From Podarcis bocagei (Eukaryota): a DNA stretch of 64,000 nucleotides. A program made the position numbers and the translations under genes. The stretch lies in assembly GCA_964188305.1 (NCBI GenBank), contig OZ076888.1; one strand, 5' to 3'. This document shows, piece after piece, positions 53,052 through 64,000 of this stretch; the stretch's first letter is position 1, and the number at the start of each line of letters is the position of its first letter. Below the pieces are notes generated by a model. The model was not told where the DNA came from, did not search any database, and worked only from the letters and a program-made list of their open reading frames with translations.

Positions 53052-54457
53052 TAGTTTGCAGGTCCATCACAGGAGCACCAGCTTCTCCTGCTGATTTACA
53101 GTTCACCGTATTTTAATAATGGAATAGAACTAATTACAATCAAGTGATTCAAAATAAAACTTCTAATACTTCAAAATAGGGCCTCTATTCAGTCTTTCAA
53201 ACTTCAATGGCACAGAAGTAAGGAACTCTATACCTTGGGAAACAGTTTACTGCCTGCTTGTATGAATAAGAAAGAGAAAAATGTGCTTTAACTTAACAGC
53301 CTGCACTTACAGCCAGAATGCTATGCCAGGCCCTCAGAACCATTTACAAACAATATGGATCAGCCCTTCAACCATTTTCATTCCAGGAATGGCAGTAGCA
53401 CAGAGTGGCAGCAATAAGGATGTTTTGCTGAAGGGGGCTTCTTCCTCTACATGAAGGCTCTAGGCCTGTGCATATACACATACCCCATCTCCTATGACTC
53501 TGTATCAGAGAATAGAACGGCTGCCAGCTGAAACATTGCATCTTACAAGTTGTTGTTCCTAATTTGAGCCTAAATTGTTAGCCACAGGAAGAGGCTAGGA
53601 AAGGTGACACAAACCTTTTCTCTTCACAAACTGTATAGCTCTTGATCACTGTGGGTTAGACAGAAATACAGTATTAATCTTTAACTGAGACCTAATCAAA
53701 ATACAGCATGACATTATCTCTTACTAGCAGAGATAATTTCAGAGTGTAGAACAAGCACACGGCATAAGGACCCATTTGAAGGTCGTATAATACATGCACC
53801 ACATGCCAACACTAGGGATGATAAAAGCTTTGGGATCTCAGCAGGAGAAGAACTAGCTATCAGCCAGATCAAGAATTTGTGGCATGATAGTCTTTCTTGA
53901 ACCAGCCCCAAACAGAAAGAGCAGAAGCAGAACTGCACTAGAAGGAGATTAGAGGATTAAACCATTTCAAAAACAAAACTTGTGCTTGATGGGGTTCAAT
54001 TTGACCCTGGAATTGCCACCATTTCCATGCATACAGTATTATATATTAGGATACATCTTTCCCCCAAAAGGGTCAAAGGGTATCAGCTGTGAGGAACTGG
54101 TATTGGGCTACTGTGATTGCTGCAGGACCCATGGCAGGCTCATTGCACCAATTCCAAACCATGTCTTGGAGGCAGTTTTGAAATGCACAAGAAAGAGGAG
54201 CAAAGGACCCACAAGCAGCTCTTCCTTCCCATGTTCTATAGGTAGAGCAAGCAACGCAGTTAGGCATCTGTATGTGGTCCTACCCTCACTCAGTGCAAAA
54301 TCCTTTACAGTTGGAATAAGTCTGTAAAGAATAAAGGGTTTCTGATTAGTGTTAATTTTGTTGTCATCCCCACCCCATACCCCAGGACTAGTGGGATTCT
54401 GTTCCTGCTAATCACTGCTATAGCCACACTTTGGCAGGTTGTGTTCAGATTTCATTT

Positions 54458-54742
<285 letters not shown>

Positions 54743-54749
54743 TTAGCAT

Positions 54750-55425
54750 TGTCACATGAGAAGAGCTGGCTCAGTTAGGCCAGTGGCCCATCTAGTCCAG
54801 CCATCCTGTTCTCACAGTAGCCAACTAGATGCCCATGGGAAGCCCACAACAGCATGCTGCCCTCCTGCAATTTCCCACAACAGGCACTTAGAAATATATT
54901 GGCCTGCCTTATCCTCCACAAATTTGTCAATCCTCTCTTAAAACCATCCAAGTTGGTAGCTACCACTGTGAGATTGTGGGAGCAAATGCTACAGTTTAAC
55001 TATGCATTTTGTGAAAAGGTATTTTCAGGACAGACAAAGGAATCTTAGAACATTCAGCTCCATTGGATATCCCTGAATTACAAGAGAGGGGTATGTTTCT
55101 ATACCCACTTTCTCCTTGCTATGCATAATTTTATAAACTTCTACCATGGCACCTCTTACTCTCCTTTTCTCGAAACTGAAAAGGCCCAAATACTGCAACC
55201 TTTCCTCTTAGGACTTGCTCTATCTCTTTGATCATTCTGGTTGACTTTTTCTGGTAACTTTTAACAACTCTACAATATTCTTCTCAAGGTGAAGCAACCA
55301 CAACTGTACATGGTACCCAAGTGCAATTGCACCATAGAGTTGTATAATGTTGTGATAGTGGCAATTTTATTTTCAGCTCCTTTCCTAATGATCCCTAGTA
55401 TGGAATTCCCATTTTTCACAGCACA
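54750..55425 (-). mobile_element. CR1 LINE 3' fragment in last NT5C2 intron
   Basis: NSILGIIRKG..., VATNLDGFKRGL translation; GGCCAGTGGCCCATCTAGTCCAGC end motif. Confidence 0.85.
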
Positions 55426-55663
55426 TGCGTATGCTAGTACAGTGAGTGCCTGACTTCTACCACTTATTATACTGTTACCCCACAGAAAATTTAAAAAATT
55501 GTTTAACCCTAGCCAGTGTCTCCCAATGTAGCCATCTGCCACATCCATTTTAAAAGTTTTTGAGTCTAATGCTACCAGCTACATTAGAATGTCCCTTGCT
55601 CTATTCAGACTTGGATAGTGCGTGTACTTCTCTGAATGTTGTTACTGTTCATCTGCAGCTTCA

Positions 55664-55855
<192 letters not shown>

Positions 55856-56711
55856 CTAAAATCAGAAGGCAAATTAGACATTTGGTCACTTCGGGGAAGG
55901 AGCAGTTTTACATACTTAAAAACTATTGCAGGTGCGAGAGCACCATGTGTACACTAGAGCACACACAAGTTTCTGAATCAGAGGCATTGACTGTAAAGAG
56001 GCAAAAACTGGAAGTCCCAAATGTGAGAACACCAGCAATATACAGTGCCTTCCAGGAGCATTCCACCATAGAATAAGTTTTTGTGTTCCTTAGCAACATG
56101 ACAGATGGGGGGGGGGATAGAATTTGACAAAAAAGGGGGGGAGGGAGGATAAGCAAACAAAATACAAGAGGGCTCCAGGCATACAGGGGTTTATGCTTTA
56201 AAAACCTGCAAGAGAGTATGCGAATGAGTGGTGGTGTGGGTTTTATGTTTGAGCCAACAGCATGAACCCTATGACCCATATAATTCCTCTGCTCAGGACT
56301 GCACCTCCCCAAAGCTGCTTTTCATTTAAAAATTAGTTGGGAGACTACTACCTGCATCTGCCATGTAAGCAGCTTCAGTGTGTTTCCTCTGCCTACTGTT
56401 TCATCATCTTATGTTTCTCTGACTAAAGTCTATTTGATTAATTCAACTATCCAACACCCCCCTCATTTATTATCAGTACAGATTTACTCGGCCATTAGGC
56501 TCTATGGAGGTTTTCCAACAACCATCTCACTTCATTAGCTCCTCCTTTTATCAGCTCCCTGTCTTGTATCTTTCTCTTCCAACTTCTCTCAGGTTACTAT
56601 TTTGTTCCACTGCCTGTCCAGCTCCTTACCTCCCCGTCCCCTCAAATCTCCCTCTAATGAAGTTAGCACAGATTGCTGCACTGGAAAAGGGAGCAAAATA
56701 GCATTCTGTTT

Positions 56712-57023
56712 TTTAAAGCAGGTAAGGTAAATGACCCCTGACAGTTAAGTCCAGTCGCAGACAGTTTTTCCGGGTCATGACTAAGCTGCTTCTAGCGCAA
56801 TGGAACACCGAAACCAGAGCAGGGCACGGAAATGCCTTTTACCTTACCGCCAGAGCGGTACCTATTTATCTACTTGCACTGTGTGCTTTCGAACTGCTAG
56901 GTTGACAGGGAGCTGGGACTGAGCAATGGGAGCTCATTCCGTTGCAGGGATTCAAACCACCGACCTTCTGATCAGCAAGCCCAAGAGGCTCAGTGGTTTA
57001 GACCACAGCGCCACCCGCGTTCC
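56712..57023 (-). mobile_element. Sauria SINE with internal deletion
   Basis: GGTACCTATTTATCTACTTGCAC core, GGTAAGGTAAA tail; TSD ATAGCATTCT(G/A)TTT at 56698 and 57024. Confidence 0.9.
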
Positions 57024-57046
57024 ATAGCATTCTATTTACTAGTTAC

Positions 57047-57107
57047 CTTAATACGTCTTTGGATGGAACTGATGTCAGGACGCTCATTACTGCTGCTATC
57101 CAAATGC
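57047..57107 (-). CDS. NT5C2: NT5C2 coding exon (61 nt)
   Basis: CAG|...|GTAACT; (K)HLDSSSNERPDISSIQRRIK. Confidence 0.96.
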
Positions 57108-57380
57108 CTGTTTGAAATAGGAAAGAAAACAATATCAACAGAGCACACGGAAGATAAATGTGAGGGTGGATCTGGGAAAGCAAATACTAATTGAGAAAAG
57201 CTGATTATATCAGGCAAAACTGATACGCACAACAACACTCCTCTTCCCCACCCCCAATTCTAAGTTAATGTGGAGCCCTTTGACAAAGTGCAGCTGTCCA
57301 CTAAAAAGGAAGCACTCCCTCTAATGAGTTAGTGGATGGAGTATTGGGTTATATTCTAAAGAGAAAAATCCATTACTTAC

Positions 57381-57432
57381 TTGTATAACTCAGCGAGAAA
57401 GATGTCTAAACTCTGAAGTTCTTCAAAAAGGC
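57381..57432 (-). CDS. NT5C2: NT5C2 coding exon (52 nt)
   Basis: TAG|...|GTAAGT; (C)LFEELQSLDIFLAELY(K). Confidence 0.95.
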
Positions 57433-57586
57433 CTAAGCAGCAAAGGGAAGGCAAAGTAAAAGGATATTATGGCAGTGGATCAGCTGAAACAAATACTATG
57501 TAGACTATTACTTATCTCTCACCAATATGGGAAAACAGACTGAAGATTCTATCTGCTTTCCAAATTGCATTATTATTTGTTGATTT

Positions 57587-57752
57587 ATAGAATTATAGAG
57601 TTGGAAGGGACTCCCAGGTCATATAGTCCAAACCCCGCAATGCAAGAATCTCAACTAGATCATACATGATGGGCGGCCATCTCTGCTTAAAAACCTCCAA
57701 GGAGAGTGCACCACCTCTTGTGGGAGTCTGTTCCACTGTCAAACAGCTCTTT
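57587..57752 (-). mobile_element. CR1 3' end fragment
   Basis: TAGAATTATAGAGTTGGAAGGGAC...CTGTTCCACTGTCAAACAGCTCTT is the reverse complement of the CR1 end at about 52010-52175. Confidence 0.8.
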
Positions 57753-57974
57753 AGAATACAATCCTACATTTTTTGCCATATATGCTTTGATAAAACTCAT
57801 CTGACAACTCAGATGGTGTAGAAGTTTCAGACCTAGCCCTTTATTTCAACTTTGTGAATGGTGGGAGCAGCCATGTGGCTAAAAAGAACAGAATCTATAA
57901 TCTTATAGTGGAACACGGCAGACAGTCTTTTGAATATGTTTGCAGTGTCTCAAATGCCCTCTCAATGTCTAGGG

Positions 57975-58108
57975 CAGGCTCCCCCAACACAGTATCCTCC
58001 ACATGCTGGGCTGCAACTCCCATCATCCCTGAACATTGGCCAAGCTAGCTGAGACTGCTAGAAGTTGCAGTCTAAAACATCTGGAGGGCATGAAGTTGGG
58101 GGAAATTG
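57975..58108. mobile_element. Palindromic hAT-like MITE, degenerate
   Basis: CTGCAACTCCCATCATCCC ... AGTTGCAGTC..AACATCTGGAGGGC. Confidence 0.6.
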
Positions 58109-58590
58109 CTTTTGGGGTACAGCTTCTATTTCTTGCTCTCCAATAAATCCTAAAATGTTCATGGAAAGTGCAACTGAAAATATCAGCCTCACTCTTCTAC
58201 ACACTTAGTGCAGTGCAACTGCTTTTATAATATTTGTTTTAACAGTTCTTGTAGGTAGCCTTCAGCATTTTAATTAAAAGGGTATAAAGAAATAAATAAC
58301 TGACAGATGGCAGCAACCGTATTGACAAGTGGTAGCATAGCCACAGGTTTGTAAACTGTTCAAACCAGCCGTCAGTGGTGGCAAGTCTCCCCAAAAAAGC
58401 CTCAGTCCAAAGCAAAGAAACCCAACTATCTACAAATAAGTCACCAAACTATCCAGACACTTGCTGCTTTCCCAGTCTTTGATGCACAAAAGCAATGCAA
58501 ATAACCTATGGGAAACAAGCCAAGTGATTTTCCAGCTACTCTGTCAAGCCAAGCAACATCAATTAAAAAGTGAAGAAGAATGAACTAGAC

Positions 58591-58781
58591 CAGTGGTTCT
58601 AAATTAAGTACTACAGATACCTTGTTCTTCAAAAGCCAAACCATGGACCCCCCCTACTTAAAAAAAAATAATGATATCTCTATGGTAGTTTTTGTTATGC
58701 GAATGGTGCCACAAACCACCTGGGTGGGTTATGTGGACCCTCCCCCCGGGAGGTCCGCATACCATCAATTGGGAACCATTA
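58591..58781. mobile_element. hAT-like MITE
   Basis: CAGTGGTTCT / GGGAACCATTA termini; partial 8-bp TSD AACTAGAC / AACTACAG. Confidence 0.55.
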
Positions 58782-58794
58782 AACTACAGAGTCA

Positions 58795-59040
<246 letters not shown>

Positions 59041-60038
59041 TCAGTGCATAAACTTCCATTATTATCATGTACCTCCTCCCAATCTGATAGATATAAGGCT
59101 TTTTCAAATAATGCAACTTTTGCACACTCAGACATATCAGAGTATAAAATAAATACACTACAGCACAGGTGGTCTTGCATTCAGGCAAAGCCTGCTATAT
59201 TGTGTGCTGCCAGAACATTTTTTTTGAGCTGCAAGTGTCTGAGACCTATCTATTTAAAATACAAGTGATGATCAAATCACCTCTTACTTTTTTCCTTTCT
59301 TTTTTAAAAAAGGGATAAGCTGCTAAAATACACAAATCAGGTAGCATGTGAGACGTGCATTTTAGATGCCATCCCAAATACACACACATACACAAAAGTA
59401 CCAACACAGCTATATATTATTTGAGTATATAGTTTTAGAAAATACCAAGAGGGATCTTAAAACTTGAGGAAGATCTACCATCTACCCATCTACCCCCATG
59501 GGACTTAACCTTTGGGGTTACAAACTTTGGATAGGTGGGTACATTTTTGCAGCTACTAGATTATATTACACTTTTGGCTTCTGCTGACTCTTTACCTAAT
59601 GTCCCACCCACAATTAAATTTCCATCTTCACTAATATAAAGACTCTGCTTCACAAGGGACTCTTATGTTCCACTTACAAACAGATCTGAGTAACTGCTAG
59701 TGCATTTTTTTAAAAATGGTACAACCACTGTTGTTCCTTTGCTCCAGTAAGTTTTGATACAATCTGAAATCTATTTTGCACCTAAAACATTCTAATCTAG
59801 TTACATCTCCATAATATATATGACACTCTACTTAAGACAAATTAAACTTCAGACATTTGGGGGGGGGGCTTTAAAATCATATCCAGTCCTCTCCCTCACT
59901 CCCTGCTGTTTTTCTTAACATCATGCCTGAAGAACAGTTTTGGAGAAATGAAAAGTTATTCAAACCCCATGTTAAAATAGAATAAAGTGAAAATCTCCAT
60001 CCCAGCTCCTGATAAAGATTCACTAGTCTCATTTCTAA

Positions 60039-60537
60039 CCTAGACAGCATCCTAAAAAGCAGAGACATCACCTTGCCAACAAAGGTCCGTATAGTTAAAG
60101 CTATGGCTAAAGCTATGGTTTTCCCAGTAGTGATGTATGGAAGTGAGAGCTGGACCATAAAGAAGGCTGAGTGCCGAAGAATTGATGCTTTTGGATTATA
60201 GTGCTTGAGAGTCCCATGGACTGTAAGAAGATCAAACCTCTCCATTCTTAAGGAAATCAGTCCTGAGTGCTCACTGGAAGGACAGATCGTGAAGCTGAGG
60301 CTCCAGTACTTTGGCCACCTCATGAGAAGAGAAAGACTCCCTGGAAAAGACCCTGATGTTGGGAAAGATGGAGGGCACAAGGAGAAGGGGACGACAGAGG
60401 ACGAGATGGTTGAACAGTATTCTCGAAGCTACCGGCATGAGTTTGACCAAACTACGGGAGCAGTGGAAGACAGGAGTGCCTGGCATGCTCTGGTCCATGG
60501 GGTCACGAAGAGTCGGACAAGACTAAATGACTAAACG
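60039..60537 (+). mobile_element. BovB LINE, 5'-truncated 0.5-kb copy
   Basis: matches 3690-4180; exact 14-bp TSD AGTCTCATTTCTAA at 60025-60038 and 60538-60551. Confidence 0.95.
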
Positions 60538-60556
60538 AGTCTCATTTCTAATTTAC

Positions 60557-60623
60557 CTCCAGAGTAAACAATACCATGCTGCAAGGGGCCTGTGTAGGTA
60601 CCAATCTTCAGTTTGCCAGTAAC
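60557..60623 (-). CDS. NT5C2: NT5C2 coding exon (67 nt)
   Basis: CAG|...|GTAAAT; [22 protein letters not shown]. Confidence 0.96.
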
Positions 60624-61590
60624 CTGCACAGAAAGAGAAATTCATTTAATGAAACTGTAGGTCTCTCCAGCCCAATTTTCAGTTTTAATATTGATCAATG
60701 GATTGATAAATCAGTAGAAAGGCTGTTCAATATATGCTTCAAAGGAAAAAGCACAATTGGTGTTTGCATACTCCAAATGCACTATATTTTTCCTGGGCAG
60801 CCCCTTTAATTATTAAAAGCAGCAGGACATAGGGGCAAACAGCATTCGGTTACATGGGGGAATGCAGCTGGTCCCCTATTTCTAGAGGCCATAAACACTC
60901 TTACACTGGGAATTGTTTCGTGCCTCAAATGTATCTGTGCCAGGTGAAAACAGTGAAGTTAGTCTGGTAGAAGCATATTCCGTACAACCCTTTTGCATGG
61001 CCTGCATACAGATGCTACAAAAGCCTGCTTAAAGCTATACTTCCAAATTTTACAGTTAAAGTGTTGGTTGCCTTTTATGAGCCAGTTGATTCTGCCTATA
61101 GGTCAGGCTTAAGCTAAGAATTTTGTTGGGGCTAACAAGTTATCAATAGCACAGATTCATCTAAAACCCTAATAGATTCCCAATAAAGACCAGTCCCACA
61201 GAATGACAAAGCAGGTGGTTATGTTGCAGCCACAGTGAATTTTTTAGATAACCAGCAATTACAGTGAAATTGATCTAATGAAACACAGCATTATTAGGCT
61301 CCATATATTTTCAGTATGATGCTGTTCTTAATTTAATTCCACTCAGTACATCTAGCTGAAATACTTAATGATGCACTCAAAAAACATGCTGCGTTTTTAT
61401 TTAAAGAACACAGCTCCTTCTCATATTTCCTTTCTGTGTGATTCAGGTAACCCAAAAATAGCTAGAAACACATATTCCAAGTAGTCAATGAATTTCAAAG
61501 TAGAGAGCTTATGAATTTAGCACTAATGTTCTAATTATTGAAATAAACTGTCCCAGGTTTCCCTCCAGTCAAGCCTAATTATATATTCTA

Positions 61591-61710
<120 letters not shown>

Positions 61711-62636
61711 CTAGAGAAAAATTAAGCAGAAGAACATCTTTTTAAAAGGTACAAATTCTAATTGTTCACACTGAAACTGGCTTATTTTAGTTCTGCAGGA
61801 GAGATTGATAACTGTATTCTATATGTAGCCTGACATCATATACAAAACATCTTAGTTCCCCAACACTTCAATTCAGTAAATATACCTGAGAATCCTAACA
61901 ATGCAGGAAAGAAAAAAATAGCAGATACTTTAAATTTCATTTTTGTTTATCTGGATTTATATACTGTTTAATCATAATTTAAATACAAGTTAGCAATTAT
62001 ATCACTACTACAAATATTAATACAAAGATCCAGGCATTTATCAATTACTGCAGAACATCCAGGGCTTTCAAAGCAGAGGCCACAACTGAGAAAGGGACAA
62101 AAGGGAACAGTCTGTGTATTTATATTAAATTTTTGATTTCTACTACACATAGTAAGTACATGAAACCATAACCAAGCCTTAAAATTGAAAAGTACATTTT
62201 CTTGTAGCTATGAAAAATTATTAATCATAATAATTAATTAATCATGTGGAAGGATTTCAGCAGCACTGTTATAATGCATTAGTGGATATGTGGCTAAGTG
62301 GCAATTCCTTGTATCTGAGCAAGCAACTTCTACTCAAGCAAGTGCAGACAGGCAAACACCACCAGTGGAAGTAAATGCTTTTGATTTGAAAATTCAGTGG
62401 TTTTTTTTAATCACTAGTGACCTCTAGAAGCTGCATATCAGGCATATCAAAGCTGACTTTAATTATTTCCACCTGTTCTCCAATAAAAATAATAAGGCAT
62501 TTGACACCACGCCTCCAAAGGTTGAATTTTACAAATAGAAAATTAAATAACTATCTGGTTTCTTCAGTCCCCATGAACAAAGACTTGACTCCTATTCTTG
62601 ATTTATTTAGGAAGGAATAATATACACCATCTAACA

Positions 62637-62747
62637 CAGCGTTCCCCAAACTGGTGCCATCCAGTTTATTGGAATCCAGCTCTCATCCAACCCTGGTTGG
62701 GAGTTGTAGTCAAAAACATCTGGTCAACACCAAGTTGGGGAAGGCAG
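62637..62747. mobile_element. Palindromic hAT-like MITE, short
   Basis: CAGCGTTCCCCAAACT / AGTTGGGGAAGGCAG termini; GGGAGTTGTAGTC core. Confidence 0.65.
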
Positions 62748-62772
62748 AGGTATCATTAATGCAACAACTCAC

Positions 62773-62814
62773 CTTTGGTCCATGTGGAAAATCAAACAGG
62801 TAAGTCATAATTTT
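62773..62814 (-). CDS. NT5C2: NT5C2 coding exon (42 nt)
   Basis: CAG|...|GTGAGT; KIMTYLFDFPHGPK. Confidence 0.95.
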
Positions 62815-63381
62815 CTGAAAGGCAAATTGGAAGCAAGACTTAATTTCTATTAATTATGTTTAAACAATACATTTAAATATACAAATAGTCTTCAGATATA
62901 CAAATCTAGAACAGGCATTGTGAGAATTAAAATAACATTGCAGAACCCTATGATGTTATTTTTAGGATTTTCATGACAACAAAATGCATGTCTCCAGCTC
63001 TGACAGATATGCAGCTCTGCAAGAACCTCAGTTTTATGTACAGTTAATTTGGAAGCAAGTTCAGTGAATCTTACTCTGAAGCAAATGTTCATAGGATTGG
63101 AGAACAAAAGTTCATTGTCACAGAATACAGGAGAGTCCTGCATTCATATTAACATGGGGATTTCCCAGTATAGTTGTTCATGGCTTTCTAAAAAAAATGC
63201 ATTTTATGATAAACAGAAGGTCTTTAAAAAATATTTCTTCCCTCACCCCCCAAAAACTTGGGAGACTAAATTACAGACACATTGCTAGGTACAAGGCATC
63301 ATTAAATTAGCAATGATTCAAGGAGAATCTTAGGTGCCTCCAGCTCATGCTTTCATTATACTGAGCTTATCTAATTCTCTA

Positions 63382-63894
63382 CAGCTGGCTTTGAGAACCT
63401 ATGGCTCTGTAGATGTTGTTGAACATCAACCCCAGCCAGCATGGCCAATGGTAAGAAACAGTGAGTTGTAGTAGTCCAGAACATCTTGAGGAGCCTAAGG
63501 TTCCCCAGCTCTGCTTTGAGGCAGGGATGGAAGACTTTTTCAGACTGAGTGCCACATTCATTCATCTGGAAACTTCTGAGGGCTTCACATCAGTGGTGGG
63601 TGTGGCCGGAAGTAAAAATGGGCAAAACAATGGATGTAACTTACTGTTGTAATGCATGCCACATTCCAGTCACACAGATTTCAACACTCATATATGAATC
63701 CATCCAGACAAGCAAGAGGCATCATCACAGCTCAAGGGCACCTTCCAGCCAGGCAAAAGCACTTGAGGAGGGCTCAGAGGAAGGTGGCAGGCATAATCTA
63801 GGGAAGGAGGCATGGCCTGGAGAAAGGCCAGAAGGCTGGACAGAGAGGCCTACAGAGCTGCATTTAGCTCCCAGGACTGAGGTTGCTCACCCTA
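63382..63894. mobile_element. Two adjacent hAT-like non-autonomous elements (about 63382-63513 and 63522-63894)
   Basis: AGATGTTGTTG / GAACATCT inverted core in the first; CAGGGATGG... / GAGGTTGCTCACCCTA termini in the second. Confidence 0.5.
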
Positions 63895-63994
63895 ATCCAA
63901 GATAGAAATTCAAAATATGACACCTAACATATATGAGACACTAAATGAATGAATGAATGATGGAGGAAGATTCTTGTGTTACAGGAGTACTTAC

Positions 63995-64000
63995 ATCAGT
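63995..64000 (-). CDS. NT5C2: 3' tip of the next upstream NT5C2 exon (…TD), cut by window edge
   Basis: minus strand ACT GAT|GTAAGT; TD is the expected end of the exon preceding KIMTYLF. Confidence 0.7.

Overview
Vertebrate (squamate, most likely lacertid lizard, judged from Sauria SINE/Squam2-like/BovB repeats) genomic DNA carrying two convergent genes. On + are the last seven coding exons of CNNM2 (exons 2-8, 13457-41078; exon 1 lies upstream of the window). On - are the last seven complete coding exons of NT5C2 (54458-62814), plus 6 nt of an eighth at the window edge. All exon borders were read from the sequence and join in frame. CNNM2 intron 3 is GC-AG. Introns are rich in transposable elements: BovB, CR1, L2, DIRS and Penelope-like remnants, Sauria and tRNA-head SINEs, and Tc1/mariner and hAT MITEs. 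The most notable non-gene signals are: (1) a Penelope-derived 94-bp-arm palindrome containing a minimal hammerhead-ribozyme motif; (2) a reconstitutable 5' splice site at the start of CNNM2 exon 2; (3) a candidate RBFOX-flanked cryptic/poison exon in CNNM2 intron 4; (4) a MITE family with swappable tandem-repeat cargo, including a 60-bp hairpin minisatellite between the genes; (5) four unrelated TEs sitting 19-25 nt from NT5C2 donor sites. No prokaryotic-type systems, CRISPR arrays or genuine tRNA/rRNA genes were found. Family names and human comparisons are from memory, not from database searches.
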